Of a stretch of DNA of 22,808 bases, positions 17,001-22,808 are shown in pieces. Position numbers and translations under genes: made by a program. Numbering within the stretch: position 1 is the first letter of the stretch; every line of letters starts with the position of its first letter. The stretch covers positions 1 to 22,808 of the forward strand of contig JANLOX010000029.1 of assembly GCA_031366795.1 (NCBI GenBank), read 5' to 3'. A model generated the notes under the pieces. The model searched no databases, was not told the origin of the DNA, and saw nothing but the letters and a program-made list of their open reading frames with translations. The DNA comes from Candidatus Eiseniibacteriota bacterium (GTDB lineage: Bacteria; Eisenbacteria; RBG-16-71-46).

Positions 17001-19140
17001 CGTGCCGGGGGCGAACGCGAAGTTCCTGCTCGACTCCGCGGTGGGTGATTGGTCGCACCAGTTGGGCGACGGGGTTTCGAACCCCGAACTGTCGTGGGAA
17101 TACTGGAACGGCGCGTGGTCGAAACTCATCATCGAACCCGACGAAACGCTGAACCTGAAGTCGACCGGCGCGTTGCGCTTCGTGGTTCCGCCAGACATCG
17201 GGCCGACCGACTGGGCTGGCAAGACGAGCTTCTGGGTCCGCGCGCGCCTCGTCGGCGGCGACTACGGCTCCGAGGAAGTCACCGTGCTCATCGAGGACTT
17301 GGGCAACCGCAAGACGAAACAGACGATCCAGCGCTCGTCCAAGGGCATCCGCCCACCGTCCGTCGTGAACCTCGGAATCTCGTATTCGATGCGCGACGGC
17401 GTGATGCCGGCGTACGTGCTCGCCGAGGACAGCGGTTCGATTCGCGACCAGAGCGATGCGAATCGCACCGAAGGCGCGATCGTCGAAGGCTTCATTCCCC
17501 TGGCCGTCACACTCGGGCGCCTGCGGGCCGGCGATGCAGCCACACCGACGGCGCCCGTCGAACCCTGTCCGCCCGAGTGCGACTGCGCAGACGGCTTGGT
17601 TGCCACCGCAGCAACCGCGGCGACCGGCGCCTCGACCCCGGCCAGCGCATCGGCGGCGGTCACGGTCGCCACCGGACGCGCGCTGTTTCTGGGCTTCGAC
17701 GCCGACCTGTCCGGCGCCTCGGTGAACGTGCTTTTCGTTAGCGCTCGCGAACACGACCACGCGGCGCTCGCGCCCCTGCGCGTCGATGCGCTGGTGGGCA
17801 ACCGGTTCGTTCCACTCGTTTCGCGCGACGGCACACGCGCGCTGGGCGAGACCGGCTTGCTCACGCTGGCGTTCTCGCAGCCGCCGACGCGCGCCGAGCT
17901 GTTCGGCCGCACGCTCGTGTGGCTGCGGCTGGCGCCGACCACGAAAGCGGCCGGAGACGGCGCGGCCTGGCAGCCGAGCCTGACGGGCGCCTACCTCAAC
18001 GCCGCATGGGTGAGTGCCACCGAAACCTTGACGCGCGAACTGCTGGGTTCTTCCGAAGGTGCACCCGACCTGACGCTAAAACTGGCCCGACCGCCGGTGC
18101 TGCGTGATTCGCTCGAGCTGCGGGTGCGCGATCTCCTGGGTGACGAGGAGCGCCAGGCCCTGCAAGCGGCAGACCCCGATCTGGTGCTGAACGACGCCGA
18201 TCTGCCCGGCGACTGGGTGCGCTGGAAACAGGTCGCCGATCCCGCCGACGCGGGCCCCGCCGAGCGTGTCTTTGCATTCGACGAAACCACCGGTGTCCTC
18301 CGCTTCGGCGATGGCCTGCACGGCGCCATTCCTCCGGTGGGCCGCGACTCGATCGTCGCGTTCCGGTATCAGCGCACCGAACCCCCGGTCAAGGGAGCTG
18401 TCGACGTTCCGGCGAACACCATCGAGGCGCGGGCCCAGCTCAACCTCGTGACGCCGGTGGGCGGTGTCGAAGCGGTGTTCTCGGCCGACCATGCGGCCGG
18501 TGGGGCGCCGCCCGAGCCCGACGACCGCGTGCTGCGTTTCGGCTCGGCCAAGCTGCGTCACCGCGGCCGCGCCGTCACCGCGCGCGATCTCGAAGACCTC
18601 GCGCTGGCGAGTTCCCCCGACATCGTGCAGGCACGTGCGCTCGTGCAGCCCAGGCACACGCGCTTGGTCGTCGTGATGCGCGGCCCCACGCCCGCCCCGA
18701 CGCTGGCGCAGCGCCGCGAACTCGGCCGGCTGCTGCTCGGCGTGGCACCATTCACGTTCGGCGCCGCCAGCGGCTTCGCGATCGACGGCCCGCGCATCCG
18801 CCAGCTGCGCATCCGGCTCGCGCTGCGGGTCGAGGGCCTCGACCACGCAGGACGTGTCGCGCAGCAAGTCGCCGCGCGTCTCGAAACGTTTTTCGACAGC
18901 GCCACCGGCGGGCTCGCGGGCGACGGCTGGCCCCTCGGCGCGAACCCTCGCGAGGACGACATCGCGCTGTCTCTGCTCGACCTGGCGCATCTGCACAGCA
19001 TCGCTGCCGTCAGCCTCGTCGAAGCCGTCGACGACACGACCGAGCGCCCATGGCCCGGGACCTTGAAGCCGGACCAGATCGTACGTCTGGCCGACGATGC
19101 GATCCGCTTTGAATTCCAGAGCATGGAGGTCGCCGCGTGA
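14029..19140 (+). CDS. Very large baseplate J/gp6-like wedge protein (Afp11/12 class) with a long internal insertion, 1703 aa
   Basis: True start is most likely GTG 14029 (GAAGGAGG upstream, GTGA overlap), not 13654. Motifs P.LDPR, VFET, FYPLG..P..FDTFYL, LSWEYWNG.W, WVRARL..GDYG, ELLGSS.G.P, G..RFGDG.HG.IPP, AAGG..PE, LRHR.RAVT..D.E.LA. Confidence 0.88.
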   Translation: MKAPQSPSLDPRREHNFEAELTARARAWVPAWGFEDGGHDFGHALLQVASQFNAKVAEGLDRGGDKMQRGFLDWLAVRGDAARPARMPVVFKMVDKAPAAVLALAPVRMQVDAQDATVVFETEDDVRVIPGRLEVVVATDADQDAIFLQMPGLTSIEPLKPLPTQWRLKSFAAAGSTQLQLDPEVGLVAGLVVELAGLQYRIDKVDKDIVTIDPALPTGAGVEAGSVAHMVMAFEPFNPSARNRQQHAVYLGHLDLLNIEAAATIDVIGAQALGAGATWAYWGKVAGQDSVAWQALALAKTQPSDGVRLDKPRGAVEPRDLGAVKKARWIGAFTPNVLGNAPTLSVDALELRINFRPEPACPIVNADDSTTLAAQALANTTPLVLSGVFYPLGRTPRQFDTFYLGCPEAFSKPGAHVQLCFELADPTSYALSTVHHGAFAEAVLAGVGQDRALHLFEFKPAQATVSPLFAREPLQPPSPVYNASPLSVLPIPLDAKPTYRLPMWAEGQDFVVATVAGSHVWLWREVAADSKKSGWRDLGVLPTGVAKPPPVDGLVYLGGNPSPRLVALQDGRLSLRAMTDAATWVEVIPKDGADKHVVLKAIAAILVIDGTGRLVTSAAEDLVGVDADGKLYRVTTAGICTYLNVPALSTRVTPIALKHNGGLTVVAAEKSLTMLVALKPTGGVSSQRIDAVATILGFSLEATLDGIDLACLASARDESAAYLVTWVPAATGARAEIFKSEVPASAGRIGGAPTRIATQVLIPGENGDAVVAPFDLGRRLKLNADVETGIVVPAGAPALAVNDVITLRIANNLRVKKIDGAGVTRATETFHPIAGTFGAGPVTRELLAYRMSTGATGNVLGLKKFELAPGEHGVAADSTLLIQIGAVAHEYVVDSVAVASSAWIVTLASALPAGATGNASYWLPVQTGGRIAPFARLNPAHLNEKCDVTLLEHGALVFPGAKPERQTAQAFATVTNFATLVVMGENFAAAPVPGANAKFLLDSAVGDWSHQLGDGVSNPELSWEYWNGAWSKLIIEPDETLNLKSTGALRFVVPPDIGPTDWAGKTSFWVRARLVGGDYGSEEVTVLIEDLGNRKTKQTIQRSSKGIRPPSVVNLGISYSMRDGVMPAYVLAEDSGSIRDQSDANRTEGAIVEGFIPLAVTLGRLRAGDAATPTAPVEPCPPECDCADGLVATAATAATGASTPASASAAVTVATGRALFLGFDADLSGASVNVLFVSAREHDHAALAPLRVDALVGNRFVPLVSRDGTRALGETGLLTLAFSQPPTRAELFGRTLVWLRLAPTTKAAGDGAAWQPSLTGAYLNAAWVSATETLTRELLGSSEGAPDLTLKLARPPVLRDSLELRVRDLLGDEERQALQAADPDLVLNDADLPGDWVRWKQVADPADAGPAERVFAFDETTGVLRFGDGLHGAIPPVGRDSIVAFRYQRTEPPVKGAVDVPANTIEARAQLNLVTPVGGVEAVFSADHAAGGAPPEPDDRVLRFGSAKLRHRGRAVTARDLEDLALASSPDIVQARALVQPRHTRLVVVMRGPTPAPTLAQRRELGRLLLGVAPFTFGAASGFAIDGPRIRQLRIRLALRVEGLDHAGRVAQQVAARLETFFDSATGGLAGDGWPLGANPREDDIALSLLDLAHLHSIAAVSLVEAVDDTTERPWPGTLKPDQIVRLADDAIRFEFQSMEVAA

Positions 19141-21089
19141 GCCAGCTTTCGCCGCTGCTGTTCGATCTGCGCTACGACGACCTGGTGGAACTCGGGCGCT
19201 CGCGCCTGCCCGCACTCGCCCCGCCGTGGACCGACCACAACGCGCACGACCCCGGCATCACGCTGATCGAGTTGCTCGCGTGGGTCGCCGAAGCGCAGCT
19301 GTATTCGCTCGGGCGGATGCGCCGCGACGAGCGAGCGGCCTACGCCGCGCTGTTCGGCGTGGGCGCGGCGGGCACCCGCGCGGCACGCGGGCTGCTGTGG
19401 GTCGATCGCTCCGATGCCGCATCGCCGGCCACCACCCTGCGCGATGCCCTCGTCGTCGAGCCCGATGCCGTGGTGCACCTGGCCGACGACGACACCTTGG
19501 TGTTCCACCCCGCCTTCAAGACGCTCTTCGCGCCGGGTCGCATCGTCGCCCTGCGCTCGCGCGCGTCGGGCGGTGCCGTGCGTGACCACACATCGGCCAA
19601 CGAACGGGGTGGCTCCGCGTTCCTGCCGTTCGGCGACGCCGCCGGGCCGCGCGACGTGCTGACGCTGGAGTACGAAACACGGGCCGATGGCGGCGTCGTT
19701 CCGTCGGCCGCAGCGGACGCGTCCGGCGCCCATTGGGTGATCGGGATTCGTGTCGCCGAGGGCACCCCCCGCGCCGCCGAATCGCCGGATGCCGGCAGCG
19801 CGGGTGAGGCGGGAGAGGTCGGTCGGCTCAGCGTGGCCTTGCTCACCGCCACCGACCGGTTTTCACTGCCGGTGGTGGAGGACTCCAGCCAAACCATGCT
19901 GCGCACCGGTGCGCTGGTGCTCGACATGTCGCAGGTGCAGGGTTCGCCCGCGGCGTTCAGCCTCGAGTTCCGCGCACCGCGCGGGCTGCCGCGGGCGCCG
20001 CGTGTGTTGCGCATCGAGCCCAACGTGCTGCCGATCACGCAGCGCCGCAGCATCGTCGGCGAACTCCACGTCGCCAATGGCCAACCCGACCTGGATGTCG
20101 AGCTCGACACGCCGGGCCTGTGTTTCGACGCGGGTGACGAGCCGGTCCAGGTGGAGGTGCGCGACACCACCACGTCGACCGTCTGGACGCGCTGCGAGCA
20201 CCTGTCCGACCAGGGCCCAAACGACAACACGTTCGAGTTCGACGAGACTGCGGCGCGGCTGCTGTTCGGCAACGGCCACAACGGTCGCCGGCCCGTGGCG
20301 GACGCCCAGGTGCTCGTGTCGTACCCGGTAAGCGATGGGGAGGACGGCAACGTGGCGCGCAACCGGACGTGGCGCGTCGCCGGCGTCGCGGGCACCTTCG
20401 GCGTCAACCTGGACCCGGTGTACGGCGGCAAGGGCCGGCTCGACGGCACGGACCTGAGGCGCGAGGCACGCCGCCGTGCGCGCGACGACCACGCCCTCGT
20501 GAGCGCGGCCGACATCGAGGCCGCCGCGAAGTCGCTGCCTTTGCTTGAGGTGATTCGCGCCTGGGTGCCGCCACTGCGCCAAGGCGTGCCGCAGACAGGA
20601 ACGGTCACGCTGATCGCGATGCGCAGCCGGCCCGGGAACGTCGAGCCCGCGCAAGCGCTGGAGACGCCGCGCTGGCTCGAAGCCGTTCGCCGCCAGCTCG
20701 CCGGGCGGATGCCGCTGGGCACACGCCTCGCCGTGTCGGCGCCTCGGTATGTGGGCTTCGCGATTCGCGCACAACTGCAGATCGAGCGTGGACGCGACCC
20801 CCGGCAGATCGAAGCCAAGGTGCGCGAAGCGCTGCGCCAACGGCTCGCGCTGGTGCCCACCGAGGGCACGGCGAAACCCCGCGAACCCGGCATCCCGGTG
20901 ACATCGCGCGACGTGGCGGCGTGGATCCGCAGCGTCGACGGCGTGGCCGACGTGCTGCCGCTCGCGCTGGTCGCCGGGACGAACAGTGTCGGCGAGATCG
21001 TGGTGCCGCATGACGGCCTGCCGCAGCTCGACCTCGACCAGAGCGACATCCGTGCGCAGCGCGCGGCGACGACGGGGAGCGCGGCATGA
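19137..21089 (+). CDS. Second baseplate J/gp6-like protein (putative baseplate assembly protein), 650 aa
   Basis: L.D.RY.DLV, WTDHNAHDPGITLIELLAW, FLPFG, LLFGNG.NGRRP, ALVSAADIE..A, PLGTRL.V..P.Y. GTGA overlap. Confidence 0.9.
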   Translation: MSQLSPLLFDLRYDDLVELGRSRLPALAPPWTDHNAHDPGITLIELLAWVAEAQLYSLGRMRRDERAAYAALFGVGAAGTRAARGLLWVDRSDAASPATTLRDALVVEPDAVVHLADDDTLVFHPAFKTLFAPGRIVALRSRASGGAVRDHTSANERGGSAFLPFGDAAGPRDVLTLEYETRADGGVVPSAAADASGAHWVIGIRVAEGTPRAAESPDAGSAGEAGEVGRLSVALLTATDRFSLPVVEDSSQTMLRTGALVLDMSQVQGSPAAFSLEFRAPRGLPRAPRVLRIEPNVLPITQRRSIVGELHVANGQPDLDVELDTPGLCFDAGDEPVQVEVRDTTTSTVWTRCEHLSDQGPNDNTFEFDETAARLLFGNGHNGRRPVADAQVLVSYPVSDGEDGNVARNRTWRVAGVAGTFGVNLDPVYGGKGRLDGTDLRREARRRARDDHALVSAADIEAAAKSLPLLEVIRAWVPPLRQGVPQTGTVTLIAMRSRPGNVEPAQALETPRWLEAVRRQLAGRMPLGTRLAVSAPRYVGFAIRAQLQIERGRDPRQIEAKVREALRQRLALVPTEGTAKPREPGIPVTSRDVAAWIRSVDGVADVLPLALVAGTNSVGEIVVPHDGLPQLDLDQSDIRAQRAATTGSAA

Positions 21090-21165
21090 GCGCGCCCCGC
21101 CCACGCGGCTACCACTTCGCCTCGGCGGCACAGTGGAAGGCGTGCCTGCTGTCGCGGGGGGACGC
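21086..21165 (+). pseudogene. 5' stub (~26 codons) of the next eCIS gene, probably a tail/baseplate protein, cut off by a sequence junction
   Basis: ATGA overlap with GGGGAG upstream; MSAPRPRGYHFASAAQWKACLLSRGD reads like a real N-terminus, after which the frame becomes Ser/Arg/Cys-rich antisense-like sequence. Junction position is approximate. Confidence 0.5.
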
Positions 21166-21387
21166 GGCGACCACGGCGGGGCGCGGCTCCAGGAGTCGGG
21201 CGATCGCGGTCTGCTGGCTCGCCAGCGTCTCCTGCAGCGACTGCAGCCGCAGGTGCAGGACCGCGAGTCCAATCCCCATCACCGCGGTGCCGAGCAGGGC
21301 AAGCAGCGCGATTCGACGGGTCCAGTCGGGCGGCTCGTCCTCGGGGTACAGCAGGTTTCCGGTCAGCGGCACCCGGGTGACGTCCAT
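21165..21387 (-). CDS. N-terminal fragment of a single-pass membrane protein with a short coiled coil, truncated at the junction
   Basis: From ATG 21387: MDVTRVPLTGNLLYPEDEPPDWTRR-IALLALLGTAVMGIGLAVLHL-RLQSLQETLASQQTAIARLLEPRPAVVAA; clear hydrophobic helix and normal high-GC codon use on the minus strand. Confidence 0.5.
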
Positions 21388-21550
21388 CCGATATCGCCCG
21401 CCCGTGCCGGAGAAGGTGTCGAGCGGGCTGCTTTCGCGGTCGGACTCGCGGTCCCCTTTGCGCGCGCGTCCGCGTTGTGGTGTGTGCACCCCCAACCCTT
21501 TCCTGAAGACACCAACTTGTTGCTGGCTCTGGGCCCCCCCCCGACTCTCC

Positions 21551-22048
21551 CTGGTCCTCGACGCCGACGCCCTGACCCTGCTCTCCCGCGACCCCACGCT
21601 GTTCGCCCTGCTGCACAAGGATTGCGTCCTGACCCCCCATGCCGGCGAATTCGCCCGGCTGTTCCCCGATATCGCGGCCAAACTGGACGCCCCCGCCATC
21701 AAAGGCCCGGCCTATTCCAAGGTCGACGCCTCGCGCGAGGCTGCGGCCCGGGCGGGCTGTGTGGTGCTGTTCAAGGGGGCGGATACCGTGATCGCGTCGC
21801 CCGACGGCACCTGCGCCATCAACTCTGCCGCCTATGACCGCGCCGCCCCGTGGCTCGCCACCGCAGGGTCAGGCGATGTTCTGGCGGGGTTCATCACCGG
21901 CCTTCTGGCGCGCGGCTTCCACCCCCAACAAGCCGCCGAGACCGCCGCATGGCTGCACGTCGAATGCGCTCGCAGTTTTGGACCGGGGTTGATTGCCGAG
22001 GATTTGCCCGAGGAACTGCCAAAAGTGTTCCGCGCCTTGGGTCTGTAG
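21551..22048 (+). pseudogene. nnr: C-terminal fragment of NAD(P)H-hydrate dehydratase (Nnr/YjeF carbohydrate-kinase-like domain), 5' part missing
   Basis: LVLDADAL, VLTPHAGEFARL, VVLFKGADTVIA, WLATAGSGDVLAG, AAWLH, GPGLIAEDL. The epimerase domain and the start of the dehydratase domain are absent. Confidence 0.88.
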
Positions 22049-22133
22049 GTCGGGTGATAGCCCGACTCGGCGCGCTCAGCGTGGCAACAGAGTCTGGCTA
22101 TCGCGCCGACCTACGGGTTGCTGCGGTCAAACC

Positions 22134-22149
22134 CTAAAATATGGTTAAC
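22134..22149. promoter_or_regulatory. Possible CtrA-binding site
   Basis: CTAA-AATATGG-TTAAC matches TTAA-N7-TTAAC with one mismatch, in an AT-rich gap of an alphaproteobacterial-like segment; it lies between convergent genes. Confidence 0.3.
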
Positions 22150-22209
22150 GGAAGTCGGCAACCATATGATTTTAGACGATTTACCAAAGGTTTCACGCGT
22201 GAAAACCCG

Positions 22210-22683
22210 TCAGGCGGTAACCATGCCCAAGCAGGCAAGCTCCAACCCGCCAGCGTAAATCACCGCGTCATTCTCGAATGTCAGGGTGAAAAAGCGCGCC
22301 TCGGGCAGGGTTTCAGCCCGGATATATTCGCCGTCCGCCAACCGAGCGGCCGCGATCATCGCCTGCGGCTGGCCAAACATCGCCTTTGCGCGCCAGTCGC
22401 GGACCAGAATCTGTTGCGCGGCAGAGACCGTCACATCCTCGGTCGGGCAGTCCACCCCCAGCGTGCCATGGGCGATCCTGACCACGCGGGCATTTCTGAC
22501 CACCGACACCGCGACCTGAACCAGACGCCGCGCCCCGGCCCGGGTCAGGATGCGGTCACCGGGCTGCAGATACTCCACCGGCAGCGCGCCATCCAAGGTC
22601 AGAACCGGCGTGCCCGCCAGCACCGCCATCAGGGGGGCCACGGCGTCGGTCAATGCGGTCGTCTTGAAGGTTGCCTGCGCCAT
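22210..22683 (-). CDS. Hint-domain (Hint_2-like) protein, Rhodobacteraceae type, catalytically degenerate, 157 aa
   Basis: AGTPVLTLDGALPVEYLQPGDRILTR.G, VVRI..GTLG...P..D..VS..Q.IL, A..LADG, FFTLTFE...VIYAGG. GGGAG upstream of ATG 22683. Confidence 0.88.
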   Translation of the reverse strand: MAQATFKTTALTDAVAPLMAVLAGTPVLTLDGALPVEYLQPGDRILTRAGARRLVQVAVSVVRNARVVRIAHGTLGVDCPTEDVTVSAAQQILVRDWRAKAMFGQPQAMIAAARLADGEYIRAETLPEARFFTLTFENDAVIYAGGLELACLGMVTA

Positions 22684-22808
22684 GATACGCTCCCGTTGCT
22701 GTACCCGGCCTTTATTGCGGCCAATTGTGGCGAGATCAGGTTAACGCCGCGCCTTTTTCGGGAAGTTCCGCGGCCTGATTGCGGCAAAACCAGCCGCATG
22801 CTTTTTCC

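Larger units (their letters stand above)
1450..21165 (+). other. Extracellular contractile injection system (eCIS, Afp/PVC-like) gene cluster, truncated at its 3' end
   Basis: Co-oriented ATPase, DUF4255-like cap, sheath, two tubes, Afp7-like protein, gpD/gpV spike, PAAR, gp25 and two baseplate-J-like genes. Nine 4-bp ATGA/GTGA start-stop overlaps (4014, 4595, 8885, 9502, 12668, 13604, 14029, 19137, 21086). No head or packaging genes and no TssJLM/ClpV. Confidence 0.95.

Noticed and set aside
6480..21089. Prophage, R-type tailocin or T6SS interpretation
   Set aside because: No capsid, terminase, integrase or lysis genes and no TssJLM/TssK/ClpV; Afp15-like ATPase, DUF4255, two gp19-like tubes and an Afp7-like gene point to an eCIS.
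21062..21187. Near-repeat CGCGGCGACGACGGGGAGCGCGGC vs CGCGGCGACCACGGCGGGGCGCGGC at the first junction as an att site or target duplication
   Set aside because: Imperfect, almost all G/C and without a recombinase nearby; plausible by chance.
15493..21640. Long antisense ORFs (15493..17760, 18076..19215, 18558..19733, 19340..21640, 19863..21272)
   Set aside because: Shadows of the GC-rich baseplate genes with no recognisable motifs.
21086..22048. A genuine 320-aa eCIS effector with an NAD(P)HX dehydratase domain
   Set aside because: The enzyme domain starts mid-fold and the linker is antisense and low-complexity sequence; a junction explains it better.
22780..22806. Hairpin TGCGGC-AAAACCA-GCCGCA followed by a short T-run as a terminator
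   Set aside because: Only a 6-bp stem, the T-run is separated from it, and no + strand gene ends nearby.

Overview
About 19.7 kb of this window (1450-~21165, + strand) is a tightly coupled extracellular contractile injection system (eCIS; Afp/PVC/MAC-like phage-tail machine) operon. Gene order: Afp15-like AAA+ ATPase, DUF4255/Pvc16-like cap, a hypothetical beta-rich protein, a 19-Cys hypothetical protein, one sheath, tube, tail-assembly-chaperone-like gene plus DUF6760-like gene, second tube, a low-complexity protein, Afp7-like tube/LysM protein, a split spike (gpD-like hub and gpV-like needle), PAAR, gp25, a 1703-aa baseplate-J-like protein, a 650-aa baseplate-J-like protein and the first ~26 codons of the next gene. 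No capsid, terminase, portal or T6SS membrane-complex genes are present. A divergent P-loop ATPase gene runs off the left edge. Near 21165 the eCIS breaks off into a short opposite-strand membrane-protein fragment and then, after a poly-C tract, into a Rhodobacteraceae-like segment (3' part of the NAD(P)HX repair gene nnr and a degenerate Hint-domain gene), so the right end is probably chimeric or rearranged. The most unusual parts of the eCIS are the Cys-rich gene before the sheath, a ~590-aa insertion in the large baseplate protein, a receiver-like N-terminus on the ATPase, a GGGGGAA candidate frameshift site and a GATC-rich direct repeat in the leader. All family calls come from reading motifs and gene order; no searches were run.
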